Notes: generated by a model not told the origin, from the sequence alone. A stretch of DNA of 64,000 bases from Chrysomallon squamiferum (GCA_012295275.1 CM022672.1:7254001-7318000), one strand, 5' to 3'. Shown: positions 40,821-57,001, numbered from the stretch's first letter. Numbers and translations: made by a program.

Positions 40821-43800
40821 CATCATTATTATCATCATTATTATTACTGTTAGTAGTATTATGATTTTTGTTATTGCTGTTATTCCTACAGCTATTATTT
40901 AAATTGTTTTGTTAATGTTACTGTTATTTTTACTAATATTGTTCTTGTTCGTTATTTTATGCTAATAACAAAAATATTTAAAAAATTAAATTTAACAAAT
41001 AAATTAATAAATAAATGGATATGTTAAAAATGATGACAATAATTATTCATAATCAGCTTTTTATTCATTTAAACACCAACCTTAAAATAAAAAAGCAAAA
41101 CAATAAAAGTAAATAAAAAAAAATTAAATTAAATAAAATAAAATAAAATAAAATAAATCAAAATAAATCAAAATAAAATAAAATAAATTTAACAATACCA
41201 AACTCTAAAAGACACGATTCACGAATTTTCATTTCATTTCGCAAACTTCGTTCAGTTATCATCGCGGATTAATAAAACTAATACGTTCTTAATGTTATTG
41301 CTTTTAACTCCAAATTCAGAAGTGTTTAATGATTTTTAGCCACGCCCACTGTATTTCTTCTGCACTGTTTAGAAATGTACACCGGCACTCCGAATACAAT
41401 GAAACCCATTACTTGTTTCCCTTAATGAGGCAGACATCTCCGGGTTGCTTATAATTAACTGGTCATTGGATACAGCTGATCCCCGGGGCTACCGGCCACT
41501 TCCAGGCCCTCGCGGTGCACTGGACCGAGATGCGGTCATCAAAACTGACCCCAACAATAAGTCCCGGTCAAAGCTGGACACCTACCAGCGATTTATGATT
41601 TCATGGTTGTTTTAACTTAATTTGCAAGTCATGAGTCTATTTCATGTTCATGTCAGTCGGTTTGGACCACAACGAAGTTTTTGTGTTTGTTTTGAAACAG
41701 ATTAGGTGTCCATTTCATTTACAACGTCCATAGCAGGCGCGAAACTTCAAACAGATCGAATAAATATAGGTTTTTATTACTATAATTATCACCATTGTTA
41801 CTTTTACTACATCCACCACCACTGCTGCTACTGCTGTTACTACAGTTGTTGATACTACCACAGCCACAACTACAGATACTAGAACTATAACTGCTGCTGC
41901 TACTTCTGTTTTTGCTACTACTGTTACCACCACTACAACTACTACTACTACAACTAATATAATTACTACTAATATTGCTGTTGTTGCAACCACTTCTACT
42001 ATTAATAGTACTGATGATGACGATGCTGTTGCTTCTGCTGTTATTATTATTATTATCACCACAACAACAATAACAACATCAACAGAAATAAAAAAAAACA
42101 GCAGCAGCAACAACAAAAATAACAACAACAACAATAATAATAATCATGACAGTGATGAATACGAAACAAACAAATATCAGTGATCATAATCTCGATATCA
42201 ACAGTACTTCAGTGCTTCAAAAGACTATTTCCGCCTATTAAAAAATGAATAGGTTAAAACATTTTGACATCGAAATAAACATGTCAGCTATCAGATTTTA
42301 CAGACAGTAACAAAATGCAAAACAATCCTTGATGATGACAGACTCCGATCAAATCAGTGTCCACAGAAATTAAAATTTACTAATAAAGTAATACCGATGT
42401 GAAAAAATAGACATAAATATGTCGACATGTTTGTTTATGGCTTTTTAAGAATGACGTTAATTCAAACATTGTGGAACTGATTGTGTTGTTGTTTTTTTTG
42501 TGTTTTTTTTTTTAATTTTATTTATTCAATGCTTTTTAGTTGGCTGGGTTTTTTTTTGGATGGGTGTGTTGTTTCTGGTGGTTGGGTGGTTGAAGAATGG
42601 AGAAATGTCAAGGAAAGGAATTTAATTATTATTATTGTTTAAATTTAAATTAATTTTGGGTAATAATAATACTAATAACAACAACAACAACAACAACAAC
42701 AACAGTAACAATAATAGTTATAGTAGTAAAGAATAAAAAGTGTAGTTAATATCTTTACTCCGTAGGTTTGTTTTGGCCTGTTTAAAGACAATCAAATTCA
42801 AAATAAAATAATTTGTAATATATGCGAAAAACATATATATGAAACAATAGATAATGAATCTAAAACGTAGTTTTATGTTTTAAAAAATAGGCAAATATTA
42901 TTTCAACTTATATATATATATATACTATTTTAATTATGCAGTAATAATATTTTTCATATTTTTCTTTTTAAAATTAAAATAATGATAATGATTATGATGA
43001 TAACAATAACAAAAATAATAATAACAGTAATAACTACAACAACAATAAAACAAACCTATGTAAACATTTGGTTATAAAATTTGACAAGTAATAATAATAT
43101 TTTTATATGTCATTTAAACAAAAAGAAAAATTTGCTTTGAAACATTTTTATAAAATAAAAATTTAAAATCAATATATATATATATATATAAAAAATGTAT
43201 ATGCACTTGCTAATCCAGGTACAAAGGTAGACTGGTGTATATTTAGATGTGTCTAGATGAAATGATTAAATAGAGAATATATTTTTAAAAATTCATTAAT
43301 AATGTCAGTTTCAAATTGATGGTTTCAGCGATAACAGAGATTGGGTTAATTTTTGTTGTGATCTTGTTATTTTTGTTTTAGTTGTTAAATTTTCTAAATT
43401 TAAATATAATTTAAAAATATATATAAAATAATACACAGTCTATAACAATAATAATAATGAAAATGATAATAAGAATAATAATACTAGTAACGAAAATAAT
43501 GATGATGCTAATAATAATAATAATAATAATAATAATAGTAATAATAATAATAAATAAATAACTAAATATAATAATCAAATAATAATAATGAAGTTGATAA
43601 TAAGGTTATTAAAAGTAATAAAAAACATGATGGTAATAATAATGATAATGATAATAATAATATTAACAATAATAATGATGATGATGATGATGATAATAAT
43701 AACAATAATAATAATAAATATAATAATAATAACAACAATGAAAAGCAGGGATTTATTTCTTCTCGGTTACATTATTTATGTCGTTTCGTGTTATTTAAAC

Positions 43801-43849
43801 AATTTGTCAGATTTTATTATTATTCTCAGAGATAAATACTCTTTGCATC

Positions 43850-44420
43850 AATGAAAACCTGTCATGCCCCAGGTCAATAAACAATTGAAATTGACATGGC
43901 GTTTTGCTTGAAGACCAGAGGCAAATGACAATAAAAATCAAATATTACTCATTTAGTCAAAATATTGACTGCACGTGAGTAATTACACCATAACATATGG
44001 TTTGGGAAAAGAAAAAAAAAACCTCTAAGTTTTCAAAGCTCCAGAAGTCAGCCAAGTTCCGATCATGCAACGAAATCATTTATCAACTAAAAACAGAACA
44101 TTTAGAACCTCGATTTCGATTTGATTGCCGAAATGCAGCATTTTTTTGTCTTGCAGCACTAATCCTTTGATGGCGGTTGTTTCTACATGAAATGACAGGT
44201 GATGCGCGAGCGAGATACAAAATTTATAATTAGTTAAACATCCGATTGATATAATCCAACATCAAGCGACCAGACGTCGTTGTCAGGGGTAACTGACCAT
44301 TCACGGGCTTCCGTAATGGCGGCCGTTAACTGGTTTCAAACATTATTTTAATAAAGAACACATGAGTGGCGGAGCAGTGATGTGTGCACAGTTTGCTTTG
44401 ACACACCAAATATTTTTTTA
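43850..44420. promoter_or_regulatory. Candidate intronic enhancer island
   Basis: CCTTTGATGGCGGT (44164-44177), TGACAGGTG, ATGGCGGC and several TGACA/TGTCA sites. Confidence 0.5.
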
Positions 44421-45628
44421 AAAAAAGAGTTAAAAAACAACAAAAAAGATGTTTTCAGCTGCTTCCCTTTCTCGGTCAGTTTGTTTAAAAAATAACGCGG
44501 CGCAAACTGCAAATCTTGAATTTTTATTTAAACACTTAAAAATGAAGCTTGTATTTATTTTATTTCTATTGTTCCTTGTTTTTATTATAACGTATACTTT
44601 GTTCAGTTGCTGAAATTAACTTTCAGATTACATAGCGTCAGTTTTTTCTTTTTTAATAAAATAGTTTACTCATTAATTTTATCATCATTATTTGGGTTTT
44701 CTAAAAACTATATCTATCATTCAGATGTTTCTTTCTACACTTTCTGTCTCACAGACAAAACTGAATATTCGTGTGACGTCAAAGATTGTATTCATCAAAG
44801 ATACACTTGACTATTTTCAGATACAAGCGCATCTTGCGCGTGGTGCTGTGTTGATGTAACAAACACCTGGGTGTGAGACCACGCCCGTTGAGTTCTCCTC
44901 ACCACTCACATCAATTAGAAATTAACTTTCTTTATCTGTATAGTACACGTAGTAAACCTAATCTGACACGTGCCAACGAGTCAAGTGAAAACGACTAATT
45001 GACCTTAAACAGATAGTTTTCAAAACATCTTTTTAAAAAAAAATAGACATCGCTTTCTTTCCAAGAGTTTATATACCATCCTTTCTTCTCTCTTTTCTGT
45101 ATATAAATAATATATATATATATATATATATATACATACACACATACACGTGCATACCCACATACTAGTATATCTCAGTTCAGTTTTCTTTTTGTTTCTT
45201 TTTAATATGTTTCTTTTTTAAATTACTTTTTTTTTTTCTGTTTTTTCTTTTTATTTATTTCGAACTATACGTTAGATTATTCACTGTTTTTCTTGTTCAT
45301 TATTTTATTATTTATTTATTTATTAGTTCATTTCATTTGCTTTACTTTTTTCTATTTTTTTTTTCCCCCAGAGGAAATTTTATCATTCTTTTATTGTTGT
45401 CGATCTTTGCTTTTATTTATTTTCTAGTTTCCACTCTGTTAATTTTGCCGCAGTTTTCAGTTTTATTTTCTTTGTGTGTTATTTACAACAAATATCACCA
45501 GAAACATAAACACGCGAAAGACCTTATTTCATTTCACTGATTCAACCTGCTGTCAAAGCACGCAATCCATGACTCCAACACGCGATAGCTTCATTGAATT
45601 CTCAGTGAGAATCTTCTGTTAGTATATT

Positions 45629-45660
<32 letters not shown>

Positions 45661-45680
45661 TGTATGTATGTATGTATGTT

Positions 45681-45750
45681 TGTATGTACATATATGCATA
45701 TAAGTATGTACGTATGTACATATATGCATATAAGTATGTATGTACGTATA
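45681..45750 (+). repeat. 30-bp tandem duplication within a TATG microsatellite field
   Basis: gtatgtacatatatgcatataagtatgta occurs twice. Confidence 0.85.
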
Positions 45751-46175
45751 TATATTTTATTTGTGTATAGAGTTTTGTGCACGTTTGTGTGGTATGTGTG
45801 TACAGATGTAGATATATGCTATATATTTATGTATGCACTACTATTTGTGTAGTGTATCGGATGATGGTTAAGTGAGTGCATTTTTTCCCCTGTGACACAC
45901 CGCTGTTTTCCGTGTGGTATTAATTAGTGAGATGAGTGAAGGAATGCGTCATCAAATGTGTCGATGCCATCCACGCTGATGACGTAAGCAACAACATCAG
46001 CTCATTAACGGCTCGTTACACGTAATTAGTTGATGGGATAACATCATCTTCCCTTATCATTAATCATGACGTATCAAGCTGGTGCACGGATGCATTCTGG
46101 GAATTCAGAATCAAATGTATTTACTTTTTATGTAAAAATGACATATCATAAATTAAACCAGTCATAGAATGTTAA

Positions 46176-46218
<43 letters not shown>

Positions 46219-46719
46219 ACGCTCAGATTCAAACAGAAAAGAATTTATTGAATCCATTTTTCGATAGAGAAAAATATACATGCTTGCATAATTACGTTTG
46301 GAACAAATAAAACAAATGCAACAACAAAAAATGTTTCTAAAATTAAAACCGTGTAACATATTGACTTAAATATTTATTATTCTAAACATTTATTATTATT
46401 ATTGGTTTTTTTGTTTGTTTGTTGTTTTCTTTTTTCTCTCTATTTTTTTTTCTTTCTGCGAATTAATTTACACACATAACCTTGTCCAGTAGCATACATC
46501 ATTTTAGATCTTGTTAAATATATTTATTAGTAGTAATAATAATACCCTTTGATGTTTACTAATTACATTGGTTCTTTTTTTCTTTTTTTCCTTGTTATAT
46601 TTTGTGTGTGTGTGTGTGTGTGTTCTTCACTGCAGTTTATCACTTATGATACAGCACAATTCTTTATTAAACGCAGATAAATGTTATAAGATTATAAATT
46701 ATAAGATGTAAATAGTATA

Positions 46720-46940
46720 ATATTCTACTGGTAAATTTTTATATTCAAAAAGATATTTTGAAATTCTATTGGTAAATATTTATACTTCTATAGCTGAAAT
46801 TCTACAGCTGAAGTTTTAGATTCATAAAAATTCTAAAATCCTAGTAGTAATTTTTGGAATCAACAAAATATTCTAAAACTCAGTTGGTGATCAGGTAGGA
46901 TCATAAAATAATCTGAAAGTCTACTAGCTGGTTTTTATAA
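46720..46940 (+). repeat. Degenerate ~41 bp minisatellite
   Basis: Recurring attctactggtaaattttt...ttcaaaaa...attttgaa-like units. Confidence 0.55.
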
Positions 46941-47371
46941 GTTTGTTCTGTTTTATTCTGTTGATAGATATATATTAGCAGAAGCAACATTTTTCTTTTC
47001 TTTTTTACTATTATTATTTATTCATTTATTTATTTAATTTTGTTTTTGTTTTTTTTTTTTTATGCTCACCGATATTTTATAATATTGAAACTAATTTCTT
47101 CTTATCAACAAATGTGGTTATTGTCTATATGCCCTTTGTTTGTACTTAACCCGGATATATCCCTGTTTATTTTGTAATGTAAGAAATAAACACTGATAGA
47201 TATCTTTGTGCTGTTTACGTGATTCTGATTTCATCGTTTGATATCTGTCTAAATAACTAGCACTGACGTGAATAAGATTTATTTCTATTTTAGAAAGTTA
47301 CATGTTATAAAATTTTGAAATTATTTTGATATATTTATTTTTAGTTTCATTTCTGATTTCATTATAAGTTA

Positions 47372-47421
<50 letters not shown>

Positions 47422-48185
47422 TGAGTGTGTGTTTGCTTTTATATATTTGCAGTGTATATTTGCTTTTATTTATTTATTTACATAATTAAATATTCATTTT
47501 GTTATTTATATCTGTTTTATTGAAACATTCAAATCAAACAACAAAGAACAAAAAAAAAGCCTACGAATCAACAAAAACAAATAAATAATCTAAAAAAAAA
47601 AAAAAAAAAAAAAAAGAACAACAAACAAACACGACATTATTACAATCCGCTGACTGTTGTATGTAAAATAATAATTCAGAAATATTTTTATTAACACCAC
47701 ATTCATTTCACAACTGCTGGCAAACAAGACACTATTTAACATATATATATATATATATTAACACATACACACACAAACACACATATATTTCAAATAAATT
47801 AACAGGTTAAAAAAAAAAAAAAAAAAAAGGACAAAATCTGAAAATGCAAAAAAACTATTATCGTTAGCAGTAAAACACACGAACATGTTAGGGATATTTT
47901 GAAAACAATATGAAATTAATCCAAAATGAAGCGAGAACTCGCTCACCCGCTCACATATGGTATAACAACGATACGGTAAATTGAAATTCTAAAATCTCTC
48001 GGAATATGTTTTGGAGGTCTCAACATTAACTTTCGCTGCTTTGATTGTCGTATAAAATTTCAGTGTTATTTTCATATCACACAAACACAACCTGCGCTCC
48101 TCCGCGTTTGATCTATGGAGCAGTGTGGGGTAATTTTCTCAAGAATTTCTCACGTTAAAGACATTTTGAAAAATTCGTTTAAAAA

Positions 48186-48222
<37 letters not shown>

Positions 48223-48386
48223 AAAAAAAGAGAACATTTTCTACATAATCTGCTGCGGAAAACGAGATATTTACATTTTGAACTGATATCTGAAATACAT
48301 TTTTTTCCTAGATACATTTCGTAACTCTGAATTAATATTTTTAATTTGTTGTATTTATCTGTCTATCTATTTATCTATCTATCTAT

Positions 48387-48450
<64 letters not shown>

Positions 48451-48573
48451 ATTATTTGTTGTTGTTTTTTTTTTTATGCTTATCTATTAACTTTAAATTG
48501 TTATTTCTATTTCTGTTTTAATTTAATATTGTTGTTGTTGTTGTTGCTGATATTATTATTACTATTATTATTA

Positions 48574-48607
<34 letters not shown>

Positions 48608-49003
48608 CATCATCATCATTATTATTATTAATTTATCTATTAATTTTCACCTCTTTAATTATTTGTTTGTCATTCATCTTCACATAATCTACTTCAGACA
48701 ATGACAAACATATGCCGTTTCCATAAAAAAATTATTTATTAATTATTATTATTTATTTTAATATATTTATATTTGCTCAAAGATCAAAAATAATTAGAAA
48801 AGTTTGTTTTTTTTAATTTTTTTTTTATGAAAAACATGATTATGAATTTTTTCATTATGTAATTTATGCAAAATTGATTATTTTTATGGCATTAACAGAA
48901 AAAAAGAAGAAATTAAATATTTACATATATGTAAAAAGAAATTCTGTTCATATTTCGTAAGTGTATGCGATCTGAATAAATGCGCTTGCGTGTGTGCGTG
49001 TAT

Positions 49004-49036
<33 letters not shown>

Positions 49037-49446
49037 TATAATAATAGTTATAATTATAATAATAATAGCAATAACAACAACAATATTGGTTATAGCAATA
49101 AGCAATAGTGGTAGTTTGTAATGTGTGTGTGTGTTTGTGTGTACATTCACATTTTAATTATAAAAGTAATAAAAATAACAAATAAACTATGTGTGCAGAA
49201 ATATATTTATAAATATAGGATATTTAAGTGCATAAACAGATAAACAGAGAGATGAATGGATAGATAGATAGATAAATATATACTTAGATAGATAATGGAC
49301 ACATAGGTAATATAATTTACAAAACTCGATATGTTGATGTTGTTTTCTTTTTTCATTATCATCGTCATCTATTAGAGATGTAAAATAACATAAAATACAT
49401 CATTTTTATTCCATCAATAGACATCACTGTTATATATAATGACAAA

Positions 49447-49480
<34 letters not shown>

Positions 49481-51682
49481 GTGATGATGATTATGATGAT
49501 GATTATGATGATAACAATAGTCATAATGATAATGGTAATGAAGATAATGATAATAATAATAATAACAATAACAATTATAGATGAAGTAATAAAATTAGTA
49601 ATAGTGGTAGCTGTAATAGTTGTAGTAGCAATAGTAATAGTAGTAATAATCATACAGTTCTCATATTTTTTAACATAAATACTATTTTCAAAATAATTAG
49701 CATTATGAACAATATATATATATATTTTTTTTATTCGTCCAAGAAATCCTCGACGGTGATTGGACGATAGCTTTAATTGACAGGCAGGTGGGCTGGGTCA
49801 GTGGACAATGAGATAGCATTACAAAGAGTAGTTTTCAACAACAGTTGAAAGGGCTGTTCAATACGCAATACCTTGTTTCAAATTAAAGTATCTGCCAATG
49901 AGGTGATTGTTGCTGATAGCGTTTGACAGTCACAAAGGTTAAAGCAGATATCGGGTGAAAGGAAACCGATGTAAACGTGAACCAGAACAAAGATTAAAAT
50001 GTTTTACATTTTTAGAAATATTCACAGAGGACAAACGTTTTTAAAAATGTGTTTTTTTCTAAAATAATGAACCATTGAAAAACTGGAAAACATTATATTA
50101 ACAGATGTAGTAGCAACAATATTAGTACAGTATGTATTAGATAACAATAACCATTACTACTCCTACTAATATCACTGTTAAATGATGATAACAACAACAA
50201 CTGCAACAACAACAACAACAATTTCTTTCTTTCTTTCTCTATTTTAATTTCTTTTCTTTTCTTCTTTTCTTTGCTTTATCTTTTTTTTTTTTTTTTTTTT
50301 TTTTTTCGTCTCTGAGCCCTCGTTACTTTTTTCATGAAAAACTTTATTAGTATTCTTCTTCTTCTTCTTTTTTTTTTTTTTTTTTACCAATGTTCATCAT
50401 GCCAAAAACTGTTCAGTACAAATAACATCACCATCACCATCGTTGCCTTTGTTGTCGTTGTGGTTCTGGTTGTGGTTGCTGCAGTTCCTGTTGTTCATAT
50501 TATTATTATCGACATTACAGTTTACACTTGTGCTACTACTGCTATTACAAAACTCTTCCTGTCTGTCTAAATCTAAGACTGTTAGAACATGTCAGAATGA
50601 AAGGAACTGAATCCTACTCCAACAACATCATGTCGACTGCATCTAAATCATGTAACAGTCGACGTCTCCTGTTCTACAACGTCGTAGCAACATCGCATTC
50701 CGTACGACGTCAGCTGTCATGAACAAACTAGCTGTGTGGCGGAACAGCGTAATCACAGCTCTTGCCTTGTTGCCAAGATGGCGCAGTAACACGTTTGCAC
50801 CGACCAACCCTGGCCGCACATATGGCGACGTGGCGGATGCTGTCATTTGACAGTGGATGTCTTACTCTCGTTCATTGGCTCGTCAAATTCGTGATCAAAA
50901 GAGTCGAGTTTACATTCACACGCCAAAAGCAATCAACATCCTCGCTACGAGAGTGTGTACATTTCATGTAAAATGTATGACGTGAAATTAATATTTCTTT
51001 GAAAGTGATATTTCACTCAGTCTAATAATGTGAGAGTTGTGTAGGCTTCGCTCATAATTTCTCTTGAACATGTGATGTTTTCACTCGTTAATATAATGAC
51101 AAGAAATGAAAAAAAAAAAAAGGAAAAAAAAATCCGAAAAAAAAAGAGAGAGAGAAAAAAAAAAAAGAAGGTAGAATAAAATAATAATATAAAAAAAAGA
51201 AGTAAAAAAGATGCAAGGATAGAAAGAAAGTGCCCGTTTTTAAATTTTGAAAATGAACTTTAAAAAATAAAATTTATAGAAATAAAAAATAACACAGAAG
51301 AAAGAAAAAGAAATACGAAATCGGGTTAAACGTCTGCGAATTTGTTTTTCTCAAAATATGAGACTGTTATTACCATCGTTCTGTTCCACTTACTGGGTTT
51401 ATTTTCTAAATAAATTAAAAACAGGTTAATGCTCGAATTAATATTTAAAAAAAAAATAAAAAAAAAAAGTAAATAAATAAATAAATAAATGCTAGTAAAC
51501 ATCTACAAATGTGTGCATGCATTTATGTATGTATATATGTATTATGTAAATTTGAATGGATGGACTGACATGTGGATTCTTATGAATGTGTGACTATATT
51601 ATGTATGTAAGTGCATGCATTTGTGTATGTTTGTATGTGTGTTTGTGTATCTAAATATATATATATATATACACAGATTATA

Positions 51683-51748
<66 letters not shown>

Positions 51749-53139
51749 GTGTGTGTATGTGTAGGTGGGTAAGACTTGTTTATATAAGTATTTTCATACA
51801 ACGTCGAATCTACTAATTTCCTTTCCCCAGTTTTTATTCGCTTTTGTCATCACTGGCTGGCTGTCCGTTCACACATTCGCGCAAGTACTTGTACAACTGG
51901 TATAGAGATCACTCTCGTGTCTTTGAAGTTTCATTTCGTATCCTCTTACTGATGCAAACACTGATAGAGGCGCATTTCACGGGTAGCATAACAACTGCTT
52001 CAGCTCGGTTTATGGTCTCATTTAGCCACGGCAACAGCCCCAGACCAGGGCCTGGATGTTGAAATACACGTGTAAAGCTTTCACGACGACATTTTCCACA
52101 TAGCCTCAGCCTTTATTATCGGCATCAAGTACTTAGAATGAAAGAATAAATCGCGAGGTGACGAAAGCCTCTATGAGGGAGATGAGCTGGAGAAATGTGC
52201 CCCACACAACGATTTGCAGGGATGATGGAAGCAATGGTGCTGAGATTTTGACAGCTGAAGAACAGCAGAGATCTAAGAAATATGTTTTAAGAAAAAAAAA
52301 AAAAAAATGAAAGAGAAGAAGATGATGATGAAGAAGAAAAGAATTGGAAAGAGGCAATTTTTCATAAGTTATTTAAAGTTTTCAGAGGGCAATAAATCAT
52401 TTCGTTAATTAAAGACAATCGTTCGAGAGTATTGTGCCAAAATACTCATGTCTTAATCTGCTTTAATTAATTAATTTATTTATTTATTTAAATATTTATT
52501 TATTTATTTATTTACTGATTTATTTATATATTTATTTATTGTTTCATGTATCTTTTACATTATTATTATATCATAAATATACAAACATAAAACACGTATT
52601 TATATATACTGCTTAATAAATATTAGATGCAAGCAAATGCATACATCCACATACACACCTATACACACATGTACACTCATACTGATACATGTTTGTGTAG
52701 TTCACATACACACAACATGAGTGTTTTAAAGTCAGCTCAGTTTTCTATAAATGATCCGCTATTAACACTTTCGTTTTAACATGAAATGTATTAATACCAG
52801 TCTAGTAAAAGCGTCACGAAAACGAGGCTGAGTATGAATGTGTTAAATTCATCATCACAAACGCGGAAAATTACATCCCAAATCTCTTTGAAGTAAATAT
52901 CAGTGACTACCAGACTCCACTTTTTTTTTTTTCTTTTTTTTTTCTTATTACAGTCTGGCTCTTTCTCTAACTTCTGCTTAGTTCACTCAGTATTTAATGT
53001 TGTAAAATATGTTTCCATGGATTGTAAATATACACCAATACTATAATACGTACAAAATCACATCATTATTTTTTAACACACACACACACACTCACATATA
53101 TGCACAACCATACATTCATATGCACGCACAGATATATTC

Positions 53140-53174
<35 letters not shown>

Positions 53175-53266
53175 GTAATTATCAACTTAGAATATATATA
53201 TATATATATATTAAATTATATATTTTCTTATGTATACACATACTGATGTCTAACGTGACCATGTAC

Positions 53267-53313
<47 letters not shown>

Positions 53314-54099
53314 TGTATGTATGTATGTATGTGTATGTACCTATGTATCTAGTATATATTTATGTACGTTTGACGACGTATGTAAGAATGTGTATGTATA
53401 TTTATATAATGTGTTATACATACAATATCTATTTACATATTTATTTATCTATATGTTTAACAGCCAATGTTATTAAATAGAAATGTAGTTGTGAAAACAC
53501 TGAATGTTTTTTTATGAAAGACAGACACTTTAGACAGGTTTGTGTTTGTTGTGAGTAATCCATTTAGCTCCTCGTGTGTTTAAGCTCTGTTTTCTTAATG
53601 CAGGTTTCATAAGTTTAAAGATATTATATTTGTTTACCGTGTTCATAAGACGGTGATGTATCGCTTTGTATAGTTCACATACTGTTTTACAAAACATCTC
53701 GGATATTTATATTTGGTGCTAGCAGCGAATTTGAACACACGTACTGAGCCACCTTCCAGCCCCTTCCAACCATTTTTCTGTAACATGGTGTTTTCTGGAG
53801 ACTTTACTAAAAGCAAAACGGATTTGAAACATTTTAATAGGTTTTGCTGTCTGAAGCAAATCTGAGGTATAACGTTGTAAACGTGTCGGCAAACGCTAGC
53901 ATCTGTTTTCGTAGGCCACAGTTATGTCTTACAGGCTTCAGGAAGCGATGTGTTAATTACGTAAGATGAATATTGAAATGATGACATAAACATATTTACT
54001 GCTGTAAAAAGAATAAGATAAACAGAACTGAAAAGAGGAAAACTTTTTTAACTGAATACTCTTTAGATGAATATTGTATGTTATGATAGGCTATATATA

Positions 54100-54290
54100 G
54101 TTTACCATACAATTCCATGCTATACCAAATGATGCTGTACCATACCATACCATACCATTCAGTACCGCACCGTACCGTAACATAACATAACATATTATAT
54201 ACCGTACACCATATCGTACCTTACTGTATCCTAGCATACCATACTATGCCACATATTATTACTATTAACACATACCATTTAAACCATACA
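54100..54290 (+). repeat. Degenerate pentamer repeat (CCATA)n
   Basis: cataccataccatacc core with decayed ccgta/acata variants. Confidence 0.75.
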
Positions 54291-54414
54291 TTACAGTAAG
54301 GCAAAACGTACACAACAATTTATTTTATGACACAATACTTTAATATTTACCTTTCTACTTCATCCGTTTTCTTTCTTTCTGATTAATTATATTTATTATT
54401 ATTATTATTATTTA

Positions 54415-54447
<33 letters not shown>

Positions 54448-54971
54448 TGCTTTATAAAGCAGTTCCGAATAACTCTCATCAGTTTTGTGTTAATCGTTCA
54501 AATCGTGTGATAAACTTGCCAGGTGCAAACAGATTCCATTTATTTAACAAGTATCACAGTTCACCGACATCCTCACTTTGTCCATCATAAACAGATCCAG
54601 TAATTGTGAGAAAAGCTATTTAAGAGGACCTCCCGCACAGATCCGCGCGATTTAATTAACAAGGCTCCTTAATTAGAAATAGAATCTGTCGAAAAGGAAC
54701 GCGAGCTACCTCTGTGAAAGATAACGTCCGATTATTTAGATGATAATTTGTTTACTTTAAGAGCTTGTCACGTCACAATGATCATGACGCAATGAGATTG
54801 TTTGTTATGCCTCTGACTTCGTCATCTTGTTAGCAATAGAAAAATATAGTTACGCTGAAAGCGGCTGTTATTATTATTATTATTATCATCATCATTTCAA
54901 AAGTTAAATTTGTTTCTTTCAATCTTGTAAAACACCGGTTAATATTCTTTTATTTTTTTTCTTTAGACTCC

Positions 54972-55008
<37 letters not shown>

Positions 55009-56083
55009 TTGTTGTTGTTTTTTTTGTTTTTTTTTTATCGGTTTTTTTTTTTTTTTTTTAATTAATTCATTTATTCAATTATTTTATTTTTTTTTTTTAT
55101 AGTAAAATTAATGTGGTTTGTTAATGGTCTATACAAACTATAGGCCGAAAATATATAAAATCTATTAAATGCTAATTCACATGCAATTTTTTAATTAATA
55201 CCAAACAATTTGATAATCATCAACAACAAAAAACCAATAAAAAAAACCCCAATAAAATTAAGACAAAATAATAAAAAAACCCAACCCCCAAAAAAAACCC
55301 AGAATAAAATAAATCTCTCTCTCTCTCTGATATCCTTACATGTAATTTTATTGCAAATACACAAATATACACAAACGATCGATTCTTTTTGTTAGCATTT
55401 CTTTCTATCGTTTTCTTTACATCATACAAATCCCAGATTTCAGCAACATTCCAACATTATTAATAATCCTAAAACACAGTAAAAATTTAGAAATCATTAG
55501 TAATAATGTAGTCATGCTAAGTTAATTATGACATAAATTTACAATTAGATCATTAACGAGTAACCAGTGACTGACAGTTAATTTATTACAAGTGATTATT
55601 TGAGAAATGTGAAAAATGCGGAACATCATCGACTAAGATAAGTTAATTAACTGTCTTCTTTGACGTCTGATTTATTACTTGGCGTTATTCATATTCGTTA
55701 TCTATTTATGAATGCATCTATTTAAGTGTTTACGTTTATGCATGTAAGTTTGGATGTACGTACTTATATGTATATATGTTTATGTATGTGTGTTGTGTGT
55801 GTAGATGTGTGTATATGTATATTATGTATAATGATGTCTGAATATATGGATGTGTGTGTTGTATATATAGTTATGTGTGTTGTATACATGTGTATACGTA
55901 CATGTCTATATATGTATATAATCTATACATATAGGATCAGTGGGTGTATGTCTATGTGTGTGTATATATATTATATGAATATGCATTCTTGTACATGTCT
56001 GTAAATGTGGTTATCCTATTTGCATATGTGTCTAGGTGCAGAATATTAACTGAACTTGGATAAATTATTTGTATGATTTTATT

Positions 56084-56086
<3 letters not shown>

Positions 56087-56178
<92 letters not shown>
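56087..56178 (+). repeat. (CT)n microsatellite
   Basis: Direct read. Confidence 0.95.
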
Positions 56179-56180
<2 letters not shown>

Positions 56181-56965
56181 CCCTCTCTCTCTGACCCCCC
56201 TCTCTCAATTTTTGATTAATCAAAGCTCGCCTGAGGTGAAGATCGCACACCTTTGAAATGTTAGATTTGTCAAACTATTAGGTTTTGAGCTGTCGTTTTA
56301 ATTTATCGCTTGTTTTACCTACAAAGGTAAATGTGTTGTGTTGCTTAAGGGGTTTACCGTTAGTTGATAAGCATGCAGGTGTCGGCAATAAACAAAGGGA
56401 CATTTCTGCAGGTGTCAATTGCCAGATTTATTTCAAAACCTTTTCCTGAAAGATTAGTCAAATGAGACAATGAGTCAAGGAAGTGATTTCAATTTGGAAG
56501 TCGAATTTGTGATTTTTGTCGAGGTTACAGGTTTTGAAGGCTATTTTTAAACTATGGATATATTTACTGACTTGTCATTTTTTTTTTTTCATTGTAGGTA
56601 TGAAAATTAATCAAAATTTAAAGATGTACGAACTAAAAAAAAAGTTCATGAGTATGTAAATAAAGAAGTGTATAAAACTATGCCAAGTTACAATGTGATA
56701 AACAAAGAAACTAACTAATTAACAAACAAACAAATAAATAAATAAAAATCTGATTATATAAATATATTTCGTAATTCGCCTACTAAAAATGATGATCAGT
56801 ATTACATTAAGTATTTTTAAAATAGAAATATAATTAAAAGTAGAAATACAATTTAAATTATAACATTGTACAAAGTAATAATTGCATAATACTTTACATT
56901 ATAATAAATAATAACAATAAAACAACAACAACAATAATAATAATAATAATATTAATATTATAATA

Positions 56966-57001
<36 letters not shown>

